64,000 nt of DNA, taken from assembly GCA_963706025.1 (NCBI GenBank), contig CAVPLM010000014.1, positions 32,001-96,000 of the forward strand, in the 5' to 3' direction. Within the stretch, counting starts at the first letter, position 1. Each line of letters opens with the position of its first letter. The notes under the pieces were generated by a model. That model saw nothing but the letters and a program-made list of their open reading frames with translations. It had not been told where the DNA came from and did not search any database. This stretch comes from an uncultured Actinomycetes bacterium. Lineage in GTDB: Bacteria > Actinomycetota > Thermoleophilia > RBG-16-64-13. Positions 18,656 through 28,939 of the stretch are shown here, piece after piece. The position numbers and the translations under genes were made by a program.

Positions 18656-20887
18656 CTACGGCGAGGACCCGCCGGCCTCAAGTTGCTTGATGGCCTTCGT
18701 GATCTCGTCCTTCCCGGGAGCCAACGCATCCACCGACTTCAGGACTGCGAGGGCTTCGGCCGTCCGGCCCAGCTGCTGATAGAGACTCGCCAGAGCGATC
18801 GCAGCCTCGCTGCCGGTCGGATCGATCTCCAGACAGTACTGGAGCGTCTTTCTGGCTTGTTCCGTCCTGCCGGTGGCAACCAAGGCGTGGGCGAGTTGCA
18901 CGCGGATGGCCGTGCCGAGGGGCATCACCTCTATCCCTCGCTCCGCCACCTCGATGGCGCTCTGGTAATAACCTTTGTCGAGGGTTGCGCCACCGAAGTT
19001 GTGGAGGGTGGCCAGGTACACATAGTTCTCGTATTCGCTCGGGATGAACGCGATCGCGTCTTTGAAGGCGGACTCTGCGTTCTCAAAGCTTCTCCTGATC
19101 GCCTCTGTGTACTGGGTCGTGTCCTCACCCTTTCCCCGCGCCTGGTCCCCGGCCAGTCTAGAGGCCCGTATCTCATCTGAATAGGCGAGGCCGACCGCGC
19201 TCTTGTAGTCCGGGTTGAGCGGGTTGAGTCTGACCGCCCGGAGCGCTTCCGCGGTCCGGGCGGTCGGGGAGGGCGCGATCTGGGACTGCAAGTAGGCGTT
19301 GTCTGCTGCGAGGTAGACCCCCTGATAGCCGATGCCCGCCGCCGAGAGCGCGATAACAGCGACCGCGGCCACGGTGCCCCATCTGCGGGCCTTCACCTCG
19401 ACAGACCGGGCGGTCGGCACAAGGACGAGCGCCAGCGCCATCCACAGGAGGAAGGTGGCGCCGGTGACCGAGAGGCCGAACAAGAGATGGACAAGATAGC
19501 CGGCCGAGGCGGCCCAGAACGCACCCAGGATGATGCGCGCAGGATCGCTCGAACGCCGGAAAACGGTCCCGAAGGACCTCACCCCTGCCCAGACGAAGAT
19601 GCCGTAGAACAGGAGCACGCCGGGGATGCCGATGCCGCTGGCCAGCTGCAGCGGGTAGTCGTGCGCGTTGTCAACGCGCGACGAGCCGCCCATGATTTGC
19701 ACGTACTCGGCCGTCTTGTGCTTGGTGAAGGCCAGACGAAAGGTGTCGGCACCCCAGCCGAGGATCGGCCGCTCCTTGATGGCCGCGATCGCCGCCCGCC
19801 ATATTTCCACGCGGGTCTGTCCGCTGCCACTGCCGAAGTCAAAGATCGACCCCAGACGCTTGCCGAAGTTCATAACTTCGCTCGGGTTCGATAAGCTACG
19901 CGCGATGATGCCGATACCGAGTGCGACGAAGGCCCCGGCCGGCGCCCAGTCGATGCGACGCATGGTGACGCGCTGTCGCCAAGCTATGAGGCCAAGGAGC
20001 GCGAGACTGAAGAGCCCGCCGATCCAGGCTCCACGTGTGAACGAACCAATCAGTGCCAGCCCGTTAACGCCGAAGCCGACCCAATAGATGATGCGCCAGA
20101 CGAGTCTCTGTTCCAGCAGCGCGAGCCCCAGCGCGACCGTGACCGAGAAGATCAGGAAACCACCGAGGAAATCGGGGTTGCCGTAGGTGGAGAAGGCGCG
20201 GTCGACTTCGAAAGGAAGCACCCCCCAGTGTACGAAATCACGGCCGGCGAACTGCAGAAGACCATAGCCGGCCACGATCACGCTGGCCCCGAAGAGAGAC
20301 TGGGCGAGACGGCGAACGCGTGAAGCGTGGTCTGCGAACTGAAGGACGAGGAAGTACATGATGCCATAGGTGACAAAGGAGAGCAGTCCCTCGTAGCGCC
20401 ACGGCTTGCCCAGCAACGCCGTGGGCCAGTGGACCGACGTAGCGGTGGTGACAGCTACCCAGGCGATGAACGCGAGGATCAGCCAGTCCACCGGATGGTG
20501 CCTTATGCGCCCGCCCCTGCGCAGAGAATCCCAGGCCCAGGCGGCCAGCGCAATGAGCCCCAGCACCCGTTCGAAAGATACCTTGGCGATCTCGAACAAG
20601 TCATGGGTGAAGGGGTCCTTGAAGCCGAGGAACGTGAGGTTGCTCATCGCGATGGGCACGAGGAACACCATGGCAAGCAGCGCCCACCAGGAGATCCTGC
20701 GGCCGAGGCTCATCGGTTGCACGGCGGCCGCTTCGACGGACGCGGCCGGCTGCGTCGCGGACCTGGGTGTCTGCTTGACAGGAGGCCGCTTGCCGGCCGC
20801 CTGGGAGTGGGTAGTTTGGCTACGCGCGGCCCGACTCGGGGCCGGCTGACTACGTGGTGCTCGCTGCTTCTTCTTGGCCTTCGCCAA
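18656..20887 (-). CDS. O-antigen ligase-like (Wzy_C) membrane protein with C-terminal TPRs; candidate oligosaccharyltransferase
   Basis: About 12 TM, STYGNPDFLGG, SFTRGAW, RVEIWRAA..RPILGWGADTF, DNAHDYPLQLASGIG; TPR-like C-terminus. Confidence 0.85.
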   Translation of the reverse strand: MAKAKKKQRAPRSQPAPSRAARSQTTHSQAAGKRPPVKQTPRSATQPAASVEAAAVQPMSLGRRISWWALLAMVFLVPIAMSNLTFLGFKDPFTHDLFEIAKVSFERVLGLIALAAWAWDSLRRGGRIRHHPVDWLILAFIAWVAVTTATSVHWPTALLGKPWRYEGLLSFVTYGIMYFLVLQFADHASRVRRLAQSLFGASVIVAGYGLLQFAGRDFVHWGVLPFEVDRAFSTYGNPDFLGGFLIFSVTVALGLALLEQRLVWRIIYWVGFGVNGLALIGSFTRGAWIGGLFSLALLGLIAWRQRVTMRRIDWAPAGAFVALGIGIIARSLSNPSEVMNFGKRLGSIFDFGSGSGQTRVEIWRAAIAAIKERPILGWGADTFRLAFTKHKTAEYVQIMGGSSRVDNAHDYPLQLASGIGIPGVLLFYGIFVWAGVRSFGTVFRRSSDPARIILGAFWAASAGYLVHLLFGLSVTGATFLLWMALALVLVPTARSVEVKARRWGTVAAVAVIALSAAGIGYQGVYLAADNAYLQSQIAPSPTARTAEALRAVRLNPLNPDYKSAVGLAYSDEIRASRLAGDQARGKGEDTTQYTEAIRRSFENAESAFKDAIAFIPSEYENYVYLATLHNFGGATLDKGYYQSAIEVAERGIEVMPLGTAIRVQLAHALVATGRTEQARKTLQYCLEIDPTGSEAAIALASLYQQLGRTAEALAVLKSVDALAPGKDEITKAIKQLEAGGSSP

Positions 20888-20899
20888 TCACTCGCTCCT

Positions 20900-22333
20900 T
20901 CATCTGGCTCCGCGCCCGGTGAGCACCACACGCAGCGTCTCGGCCACGATCTGGGCGTCCATGGCCAGGGTCTGATGATACATGTATATGAGGTCGTATT
21001 TGAGCTTGCGCTCGGGTGTGGTCGCATAGCCGCCGCTTACCTGGGCCAGCCCGGTGACTCCCGGCCTGACGTTGAAGCGCTCGCGGTAGCCGGGTGTCTC
21101 GGCAAGGTGTCGCTCCACGAAGTACGGTCGCTCAGGTCTTGGGCCGACGAAGCTCATCTCGCCTTTGATGATGTTGGCGAGCTGGGGGATCTCGTCGAGG
21201 CGGAACTTGCGTAGAAAGCCGCCGACCCTGGTGATGCGCGGGTCGTTCTCCTGCGCGAGCACGGGGCCGCTCATCTCTTCCGCGTCCTTGACCATGGTGC
21301 GTAGCTTGTGAATACGGAAAGGCTTCATAGCCCGACCGACGCGCTCCTGGGAGTAGAACACAGGGAAGCCATCTCCGATAGCGATGGCGACGGCGGCGAC
21401 GAGCAATCCGGGGCTGGTCAGAACGAGGGCGATGGCGGCGACCAGCACGTCGATCGCGCGCTTGGCGGCCGAGTAGTAGCGGGGCACGGTTGTATGCGTG
21501 ATCTCCATCAGCGGCACGTCCCCGACGATGGCGTCCACTGTGCCGATGAAGATCTCGTAGAGCTCGGGGACGACGTCCACGCGCACCTTGGTGCCGTCGG
21601 CCAGAACAAGGGACTCCACGAGCTCGCGTAGAGCGATGGGACTGACGATGATGACGCGGTTGGCCTGGTGCTCTCCGACTACCCGGGCCACGTCGTGGGC
21701 AGCGCCGAGGACCGGGAATCCGCCGACGGAGCTGGGGGCGTCGCGGCTGGGGGTGTCGCGGCTGGGGGTGTCGCGGCCCGGGGCGTCGCGGCCTGGCGTA
21801 TCGCGGCCTGGGACGGTGTTCGCGTCCAGCAGTCCGGTCACGGTCCAGCCCCAGCGGCCGCGCGCCGCCACTTTCTGAGCGAGATCGACCGACGCAGGGT
21901 CGGTGCCGACGATGATCACCCGCTGTTCCGGCCAGCTCACGCGCGCCAGGTGGAGGAAGGCGAGGCGCCAACCCATGAGCAGCACGAGGTCGAGAACCCA
22001 GGCGAGCAGGATCGTCGAGCGCGCGAACGAGGCCGTGAGGGTGCTGCCGAAGAAGGCGATCGCCGCGGTGAGCAGAGTGCCGACCGTCACTGCGGCCACG
22101 ACGCCCCGGGCGACCGCCCAGGCGGTGTCGGCTCGCTCCGGATTGTACAGGCCGTAAGTCCAGGCACCGGCGATGTAGAGCAACGTGAGTAGCGGCGCCA
22201 GTATGAGATAGGCGTCGAAGTTGAAGGCCGGCAACTGGCCTCCGAAACGGACAAGGAAGGCGAGTACGAAGCCTACGTTGACGAGCGCGGCATCGATGAC
22301 GATGGATAGAGCGATGAAGCGGTTGCGCGACAC
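20900..22333 (-). CDS. undecaprenyl-phosphate glycosylphosphotransferase (WcaJ/WbaP-like initiating transferase)
   Basis: Four N-terminal TMs, KRAIDV, QERVG..F.IHKLRTM, DPRITRVG.FLRKFRLDEIPQL.NI.KGEMSFVGPRPE, VRPGVTGLAQV. Confidence 0.93.
   Translation of the reverse strand: MSRNRFIALSIVIDAALVNVGFVLAFLVRFGGQLPAFNFDAYLILAPLLTLLYIAGAWTYGLYNPERADTAWAVARGVVAAVTVGTLLTAAIAFFGSTLTASFARSTILLAWVLDLVLLMGWRLAFLHLARVSWPEQRVIIVGTDPASVDLAQKVAARGRWGWTVTGLLDANTVPGRDTPGRDAPGRDTPSRDTPSRDAPSSVGGFPVLGAAHDVARVVGEHQANRVIIVSPIALRELVESLVLADGTKVRVDVVPELYEIFIGTVDAIVGDVPLMEITHTTVPRYYSAAKRAIDVLVAAIALVLTSPGLLVAAVAIAIGDGFPVFYSQERVGRAMKPFRIHKLRTMVKDAEEMSGPVLAQENDPRITRVGGFLRKFRLDEIPQLANIIKGEMSFVGPRPERPYFVERHLAETPGYRERFNVRPGVTGLAQVSGGYATTPERKLKYDLIYMYHQTLAMDAQIVAETLRVVLTGRGAR
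21731..21811 (-). repeat. in-frame 15 bp tandem repeat, about 5.4 copies, encoding P(G/S)RD(T/A)
   Basis: GCTGGGGG(C/T)GTCGCG units and variants; protein PGRDT PGRDA PGRDT PSRDT PSRDA PS. Confidence 0.9.
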
Positions 22334-23530
22334 CTACACCCCTCCTCGCCTATGGGCGTGCCGCGCGATGGCTTCCGTATACACGTCAAGCGTGCTTGCG
22401 ACCATTCGCGGGACGGTGAACTCGCGGAGGGCGCGCGCCTGGGCCTGCCGGCCCAGGCGCGCGCGCAGGTCGTCGTCGTTCAACAGGCGATTGAGTGCAG
22501 CCGCGAGTGCCAGCGAGTCACCGGGGGGCACGGTGAGCCCGGTGACACCGTCGGGGTTCGCGTAGGGAACGCCGGTAGGAAGGTCGGTCGACACGACCGG
22601 GGTGCCTGCGGCGTGGGCCTCGATCTGCACGAGGCCGAAGGCCTCGCTGCGGGCGACGCTCGGTAGACACAGCACGTCTGCGGCGCGGTACCAGGCGGAA
22701 AGCTCGTCGTCATCCTGAGGGGGGAGAAAGGTCACACGTCGGGCGACACCGCTCGCCGAGGCGAAGCTACGCAGCTGGGCCTCGAGCGGGCCGCGGCCGA
22801 TCACGACCAGATCGGCGTCGACCCGGAGCATGGCCCGCAAGAGGATGTCGACGCCCTTGTAGTAGACGAGTCGACCGACGAAAAGGACCATCTTGCGCCC
22901 AGCGTGGGCGGCGCGCAGCTCCGCTGCGCGCCCCAGAACGGCGGGGGTGGCCGCGAGGCACCGTGCCGGCAGGCCGAAGGGCACGACGCGGCATTTCTCC
23001 GCGCGCGGCGCCAGGAACTCCGAGCCCCTCACCATGTTGGGCGAGGATGTCACGATGAGGTCGACTCTATCAAGAAACCGCTCCAAAAAGGGCCGATAAG
23101 CGGCGAGCAAGCCCTTTTGGCGAACGATGTCGCTGTGATACAAGACGACGCTAGGCACCGCGAGACGCGCCAGAAGGAACGAGAGTTCGCCCCAGGGGTA
23201 GGGAGAATGGAGGTTGACGACGTCGGTCGGCTCCGGGCCGCCTGGGCCCTGGCGGCGCAGCTCGTCGCGCAGGGCCCGAGGCATGCCGGCTGCCACCGGC
23301 GCCGACGACAGGGCCAGCTGCCTGGGGAGGCGCACCACTTCGACGCCGCCGATCCTTTCCTCCACGCGCTCCCGGCTTTCGTTGCTCACCAGGGCGCGCA
23401 CCTGTGCACCAGCGTGCTCGACAAGACCCTCCGACAGGATGCGCACCACGTTCTCCACGCCACCCAGGTGCGGCGGCGAGTAGTACTTGTTCACCATCGT
23501 GACGCGTAGCGGACGATCGAGCGCCTTCAT
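22334..23530 (-). CDS. glycosyltransferase family 4
   Basis: KYY.PP.GGVE, LFVGRLVYYKG, PSVARSEAFGLVQIEA. Confidence 0.92.
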   Translation of the reverse strand: MKALDRPLRVTMVNKYYSPPHLGGVENVVRILSEGLVEHAGAQVRALVSNESRERVEERIGGVEVVRLPRQLALSSAPVAAGMPRALRDELRRQGPGGPEPTDVVNLHSPYPWGELSFLLARLAVPSVVLYHSDIVRQKGLLAAYRPFLERFLDRVDLIVTSSPNMVRGSEFLAPRAEKCRVVPFGLPARCLAATPAVLGRAAELRAAHAGRKMVLFVGRLVYYKGVDILLRAMLRVDADLVVIGRGPLEAQLRSFASASGVARRVTFLPPQDDDELSAWYRAADVLCLPSVARSEAFGLVQIEAHAAGTPVVSTDLPTGVPYANPDGVTGLTVPPGDSLALAAALNRLLNDDDLRARLGRQAQARALREFTVPRMVASTLDVYTEAIARHAHRRGGV

Positions 23531-24684
23531 TCGGCGCGGCCTTTCCGCGCGCTGCGCGCCGGCCGGCTCCCCTGCGCCCGGCGCAACGCGAAGGCCCGCA
23601 GCACTTCGCGGTACACGGCTACTGTGGCGGCTGCGGTGTGCTCCCAGGAGAACCGTGCCGCGCGTTCGCGGCCTGCTAGCGAGAGGCTCTGACGGAGAGC
23701 TGGATCGTCGAGTAGCCGGGCAAGCGCATCCGTGAGCGCGCCTGCTTCTCCTGCCGGGAACAGGAGCGCGGCGTCGCCTACCACCTCCGGCAACGATGCG
23801 GCGGCGGCGCAGACTACTGGAGCGCCGAGCGCCATGGCCTCGAGCGGTGGCAGGCCGAAGCCTTCGTACTGCGACGGGAAGACAAATGCCGCGGCGCCGG
23901 CGTAGAGCGCCCGCAGTTCGGTGTCGTCCACGCGGCCGGTGAACGCCACACGGGGGCGCGTCTCGGCCGCCACGCCTGCCGGCCCCGCGTCGAGGTAACC
24001 GGACGGTTCGGCGCCGACCAACAGCAGGCGAAGATCGGGAATCGAAGGGGCCAGCTGCGAGAACGCCAGCAGCAAAGTCGGCAGGTCCTTGTGTAGCTTG
24101 GTGTTTCCCATCGAGAGTAGGTACGGTTGCGAAGCCAGATGGGCCAGTGCTCCAGTGAGCGGCCCGATCGGGCCGTCGGAGAAGTCATCCACGGCTTCGG
24201 CAATCACCTCGAGTTTGTTCCGTGCCGCCGGGAAGAGTCTCTCTACGTCGGCCGCCGTGGCGCGCGAAGGCACGACTACGCGGTCGGCTAGGCGCACAGC
24301 GCGCGCGTTCCAGCGGCGGTACACGGCTCGTTTCGCCGCCGAGGGCATGACGCCGGGAACGAGAAGCGGCGCGAGATCGTGCAGCGTCACGACGAGAGGC
24401 ACGTGTATCGAAGCGGGTGTCGGAAAGTGCGGACAGTGGACGAGGTCCGGCTTCGCCTCGCGCGCGAGGCGCGCCAGCTCCAAGGCCCCGCGCACGCCGA
24501 AGGGGTGGGCCGTCGCGGCCACAACCTCTGCGCCCGGGCCGGGCGCCACGGGCGGATGCACCTCCGCGGCGCAGACCTGCACAACCTCCACGTCGTCGCG
24601 GGCTGCCAGGGCACGCGCGAGCCCGGTCGTGTATCGGCCGACTCCGGACCAGCCCACCATGCGACAGTCAAGGAGAACGCGCAT
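23527..24684 (-). CDS. glycosyltransferase family 4 (mannosyltransferase-like)
   Basis: MRVLLDCR..SGVGRY, VTLHDL, FVFPSQYEGFGLPPLEAMA; TGATG coupling at 24684. Confidence 0.92.
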   Translation of the reverse strand: MRVLLDCRMVGWSGVGRYTTGLARALAARDDVEVVQVCAAEVHPPVAPGPGAEVVAATAHPFGVRGALELARLAREAKPDLVHCPHFPTPASIHVPLVVTLHDLAPLLVPGVMPSAAKRAVYRRWNARAVRLADRVVVPSRATAADVERLFPAARNKLEVIAEAVDDFSDGPIGPLTGALAHLASQPYLLSMGNTKLHKDLPTLLLAFSQLAPSIPDLRLLLVGAEPSGYLDAGPAGVAAETRPRVAFTGRVDDTELRALYAGAAAFVFPSQYEGFGLPPLEAMALGAPVVCAAAASLPEVVGDAALLFPAGEAGALTDALARLLDDPALRQSLSLAGRERAARFSWEHTAAATVAVYREVLRAFALRRAQGSRPARSARKGRAE

Positions 24685-25847
24685 CAGTGGGCGCGGCGCG
24701 CGCGAGCTGCGAGAGCCTGGTCGAAAGCGGCCATCATCCCCTCGGCGGTGCTCCGCCATGTGAACCGAGAGATACGCGCGCTCCCTGCAGCCGCGAGGCG
24801 CGCGCGCTCGCCGGCATCGGTCGCCACCAGCTCGATCGCCTGCGCTAACGCTCCGACGCTGGCCAGGTCGACGAGCAGCGCGGCGTCGCCGGCCACCTCG
24901 GGCAGTGACGAATTGTCGGCAGTGATCACCGGGCAACCGCACGCCATGGCCTCGAGCACCGGCAAGCCGAAACCCTCGTAGACGCTGGGGAAGACGAGTG
25001 CAAGGGCGCCGGCGTACAGCGCCACGAGATCCTCCGTGCAGAGATCGTCGAGGACCCGCAGGCGCTCCTGCAGACCCAGCGCTTCGGCTCGTGCCTGGAA
25101 ACCGGCGATAGAGGCGGTCTTGCGCGGCCGACCGATGCCGACCACGGTGAGCTTCGGGCGCGTGCCCTCAGGCAGCCGCGAAACCGCCTCGAGCGCCGCC
25201 GAGAAGTTCTTGCGTGGATTGAAGACATCCAGAGAGAGCAGATACGGACTCTGGACGCCAAGCCGCTCCAGCACTAAGGCGATCTGCTCGGCCGGTAGAG
25301 GCCGGAAGACCGCCGGATCCACGCCCCAGGGAACCACGCGCACGCTGCCTGGGGCCGCGCGGCCGAAGCGCAGAGCGTCCCGAGCGGTGGCGGCGGACGG
25401 GGTGACGACGACATCGGCATCAGCGATGACCTTACCGATCAGCAAGCGGTTGGCGGCAAGATTCAGCCACGGCTGCTGTGCAGGATAGTAGCGGTCCCAG
25501 AAGTCGTGGACAGTCGCGACCTTGCCGATGCCGTGAGCCCGGAACGGAAGCAGATGGCGTGGGCCCCAGAACAAGTCGACCCGATCCTCGAGCAGCAGCC
25601 GGTTCACGCCGGTCTGCATCCAGACGATGCTGCTACCGGTCAAGGGGCCCGACCCCACTCTCGTCGGCCACGGCAAGTCGAGCGGTTGCCCTGAAAACGG
25701 GATGACGGGAGGCGAGGCCGAATAGAGCATGAACCGGTGCGGCGTCTCCATCCCAGCCAGCGCTCGCATCGTCCGATACTGCGACGTGCCGATGCCCCCG
25801 CAGGCGGGATCGGACAGAGCGGTGGCGTCGATGCCGATGGTGGCCAT
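24684..25847 (-). CDS. glycosyltransferase family 4 (mannosyltransferase-like)
   Basis: IGIDA..GGIG, TVHD, PRKN, FPSVYEGFGLPVLEAMACG; TAGAAT 6 nt before ATG. Confidence 0.92.
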   Translation of the reverse strand: MATIGIDATALSDPACGGIGTSQYRTMRALAGMETPHRFMLYSASPPVIPFSGQPLDLPWPTRVGSGPLTGSSIVWMQTGVNRLLLEDRVDLFWGPRHLLPFRAHGIGKVATVHDFWDRYYPAQQPWLNLAANRLLIGKVIADADVVVTPSAATARDALRFGRAAPGSVRVVPWGVDPAVFRPLPAEQIALVLERLGVQSPYLLSLDVFNPRKNFSAALEAVSRLPEGTRPKLTVVGIGRPRKTASIAGFQARAEALGLQERLRVLDDLCTEDLVALYAGALALVFPSVYEGFGLPVLEAMACGCPVITADNSSLPEVAGDAALLVDLASVGALAQAIELVATDAGERARLAAAGSARISRFTWRSTAEGMMAAFDQALAARARRAH

Positions 25848-25998
25848 GAGGCGATTCTACCCCACACCGGAGCCCACGCAGCCGCTTCGCCACCCGACTG
25901 TCCCGCCGGTACGGCCGAGGTCAGAGACGCGTGCACGGTGGAAACCTCGGTGGCCCGCGCCCCTCTGTCCCGTCAGCCCCGAGGCATGCCGGTCCCCA

Positions 25999-26901
25999 TC
26001 AGTCGCTGAGTGGCATCCTCGACCTGCGAGACGCTACCTGCCGCCAGAGCACCGCCCACCGCCGGTCCTGGCTCCCAGAAAAGGCCAACTCGCCATGCCG
26101 GGTCAGAGCGAGGCGGGCTCCTCGGAACCGGCAATAGACGTGGTGGGCGGCCGCGAGAGGCCGTGCCGCAGGAGACACAGCGGCGCCATACGCGGCGGCC
26201 AGCCTCTGGACGTCGCTCCGTTCCACATGAAGAAGCCTCTGGGTCTTGCGTTCGGGCTGGACCCTATCGACCGCGATCACGCGGTCGAACCGTGCCGGCT
26301 TCCGCCGCTGAGCCAGCCTGAGCCATAACTCGTAGTCCATGGCAAACTCGAAGCCCTCGTCCACGAGATGATCGCCAAGCGCTCGTCGCCGGCAGAAGAC
26401 CGTCGGCTGAAGGATGAAGTCATAGAGTTGCAGCAGCCGGATGTGGAACGACGGCGCCCAGAAGTAGTGGAGAATGCGCCCGTTCGCATTCGCGCAGGCG
26501 GCGTGGCCGTAGAGCGCGTCGGCCTCGGGATTGCGGTCGAAGAAACGCACTACGTCCTCCACGACGCGACAATCGAAGTAGGCATCGTCGGAGTTCACCC
26601 ATCCGATGATCTCGCCGGTGCTCAGGGCGAAAGCCTTGTTCAGAGCGTGGGATTGGCCGCGGTCAGGCTCGCTCTTCCAGCGCACCTTCGGGCCGGTGGT
26701 CTCCAGCAGAGCGCAACTACCATCTTTCGAGCCTCCGTCCATCACGACGTGCTCGATCCGGGGATAGGTCTGGCATGCGACGGAACGCAGGTTGTCCGCG
26801 AGCCACCTCGCCTGGTTGAACGAGGGGGTGAGCACGGAGACAAGCGGTTGGTATGGAAGGCCGGCCTGTATGGTTGCGTCCTCCACTGCACGCTGCGGCA
26901 T
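25999..26901 (-). CDS. glycosyltransferase family 2
   Basis: VSVLTPSFNQ, VMDGGSKDG, GQSHALNKA, WVNSDD, AMDYELWLRL. Confidence 0.92.
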   Translation of the reverse strand: MPQRAVEDATIQAGLPYQPLVSVLTPSFNQARWLADNLRSVACQTYPRIEHVVMDGGSKDGSCALLETTGPKVRWKSEPDRGQSHALNKAFALSTGEIIGWVNSDDAYFDCRVVEDVVRFFDRNPEADALYGHAACANANGRILHYFWAPSFHIRLLQLYDFILQPTVFCRRRALGDHLVDEGFEFAMDYELWLRLAQRRKPARFDRVIAVDRVQPERKTQRLLHVERSDVQRLAAAYGAAVSPAARPLAAAHHVYCRFRGARLALTRHGELAFSGSQDRRWAVLWRQVASRRSRMPLSD

Positions 26902-27041
26902 GCGCCACGCGACTCTGGTGATGCCTCACACGAAGCTTTCGTGCGCTCTCGTTCATCGGAGCCTACCATGTTTCACGCTGCACGCGGGCCGATAGGATGG
27001 GATATCGTTACGTCCGTCCGACAACCGCCCACCGGGGGAAT

Positions 27042-28028
27042 ATGAAGAGCGCGATCCTGTTTCTGGTCTTCAATCGTCCGGATACAACTCAGCAGGTATT
27101 AGAAGCCATCCGCGGAGCCAGGCCACCCCGTCTCTACGTCGCGGCGGACGGTCCCCGTCCCGATCGGGAGGGAGAAGCCGAACGCTGCGCCGAGGTGAGG
27201 CGCATCGCCACGGGCGTCGATTGGCCCTGTGAGGTCAAGGTCCTCTTCCAAGACATGAACCTCGGCTGTAGGCTGGGTCCTGTGCGTGGGATCGATTGGT
27301 TCTTCGAGCATGAAGAGGAAGGCATCATTCTGGAGGACGATATCTTGCCCCTATCCACCTTCTTCCCGTACTGTGACGAACTACTCGAACGTTTCCGGGG
27401 AGAGGGACGGGTCGGTCTAGTCAGTGGAAGCAACCCCATCTCCAATCGCTTCGTGCCGCCGGACAGCTACTTCTTCTCGCGCGCCATTCGTATCTGGGGT
27501 TGGGCCAGCTGGCGCCGGGCGTGGCAACACTACGACGTCGACATGCAGGCGTGGCCCGCATGGCGGGACCAGGGTGGGCTGAGGTCGATCTCGGACGGCA
27601 GCAGGTGGTTCGAATCCCACTGGCGCGACTTGTTCGAGCTCAGCTACCGCGGCGGAGTCGACTGGTGGAGCTACCAGTGGGTGTTTGCGTGCTGGTATCA
27701 CGGAATGGTCTGCATCCTGCCCGCGGATAGCCAAATCCACAACCTTGGCTTCGGATCGGATGCTGCTCATACGGTCATGAGCCCACCGGCCTACATGAGG
27801 GAATCGGTGCCGGAGCCTCTGGCGTTTCCGTTGCGACACCCACCCGACGTCCAACGAAACCCGGCTGTCGACGCGTCGATAGCCAGGATCGTCCACGGGT
27901 CGGCTTTCAGGCGGAGGATCATGCGCCGCCTCATGAAGGTCAAACCATTGGTGAGGAACATCCCGTTTATGGGCGACTTCCTCAAACGAGCTCAGGTCCG
28001 ATTGCAGGCGTCCCTCAGCAGGCGATAG
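27042..28028 (+). CDS. GT-A nucleotide-diphospho-sugar transferase (HlpA-like family)
   Basis: ILFLVFNRPD, LYVAADGPR, GIDWFF..EEEGIILEDD, IWGWASWRRAW, NLGFGSDAAHT. Confidence 0.85.
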   Translation: MKSAILFLVFNRPDTTQQVLEAIRGARPPRLYVAADGPRPDREGEAERCAEVRRIATGVDWPCEVKVLFQDMNLGCRLGPVRGIDWFFEHEEEGIILEDDILPLSTFFPYCDELLERFRGEGRVGLVSGSNPISNRFVPPDSYFFSRAIRIWGWASWRRAWQHYDVDMQAWPAWRDQGGLRSISDGSRWFESHWRDLFELSYRGGVDWWSYQWVFACWYHGMVCILPADSQIHNLGFGSDAAHTVMSPPAYMRESVPEPLAFPLRHPPDVQRNPAVDASIARIVHGSAFRRRIMRRLMKVKPLVRNIPFMGDFLKRAQVRLQASLSRR

Positions 28029-28939
28029 ACTACGGCATCGGCGGTGATGGGACGTCCCCGTGAGAGGCCCAACCGTCGACTCCACCTCCCCGCAAGGGCA
28101 AGAAGGAGTCCGATCGATTGCCTCTCCCAGACCAGGCGAACGTGGATCTCCGCGGCGCGCAACCAGTCTCCGTGGCCCCAAGCCCTCCGCAAGCGCCCGT
28201 CTGTGAATCGCCACGTGGCGTCCCAGACCCCGGGGGCCGGACAGTTACCTATGCTCTTCAGATTGCTCTGGGCTTCCTCCCCCCGCCATACGGTCTCCTT
28301 GCCCCCCGCAACGTGCCCATAACTGTGTGAGGGATGTAGGACGATGACATCCCGGGTGGCGTCGATGACCGGAACGGAATCCCGCAGGCAGTGAGCGATC
28401 AGGGCGTTGTCGAAAGCCGCCCGGCCTATGACCAGCGGGGGCACGGTCCTCCACAGTCCCCGAGGAAAGACGAAGTAGTCGCAGGCAGTGGGAGGATGGA
28501 AGCCTATGTCATCCCTCGCTACCAGATCCACCAGCCTGGCATCCCACCTGTTCTCCGTCACATCGATCATCACGTCCCCCGGGAGGTCGAGGCGCTGCCC
28601 GACGATCAGATACTGCCGGAAGGGAACCTGCCCCACGATGGACAGCAAGGTCTTTGTCACTACGATGTCGCAATTGATGTAGAGCTGTGTCTCATAACGC
28701 CCATAGCGCTCAGCATGATCTGCGATCGCTGTAAAACTCGGCGCTCCCTCTTCGCTGCAGTCCACGTCCGGAACGTGCGCCACCCCCAGCCGTTCCGCCG
28801 TCTCCTTGGTGCCCGAGGCATCGCCGAAGAGTAGGACTTCGACGTCCGGCGCGAGCGCCAGCCAGCTGCGGATGGCATTTGTCTGGTGCGTCGAGGCCAT
28901 GCCGACGAATGGCTTGGGACTCGCGAAAACGGTGATCAC
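27992..28939 (-). CDS. putative GT-A fold glycosyltransferase-like protein
   Basis: ITVFASPKPF..QTNAIRSW, YINCDI, DYFVFP, IGRAAFDN, LHPSH.Y; within glycan locus. Confidence 0.6.
   Translation of the reverse strand: MITVFASPKPFVGMASTHQTNAIRSWLALAPDVEVLLFGDASGTKETAERLGVAHVPDVDCSEEGAPSFTAIADHAERYGRYETQLYINCDIVVTKTLLSIVGQVPFRQYLIVGQRLDLPGDVMIDVTENRWDARLVDLVARDDIGFHPPTACDYFVFPRGLWRTVPPLVIGRAAFDNALIAHCLRDSVPVIDATRDVIVLHPSHSYGHVAGGKETVWRGEEAQSNLKSIGNCPAPGVWDATWRFTDGRLRRAWGHGDWLRAAEIHVRLVWERQSIGLLLALAGRWSRRLGLSRGRPITADAVVYRLLRDACNRT

Noticed and set aside
21731-21811. CRISPR array
   Set aside because: Contiguous 15 bp in-frame coding repeats without spacers; no cas genes
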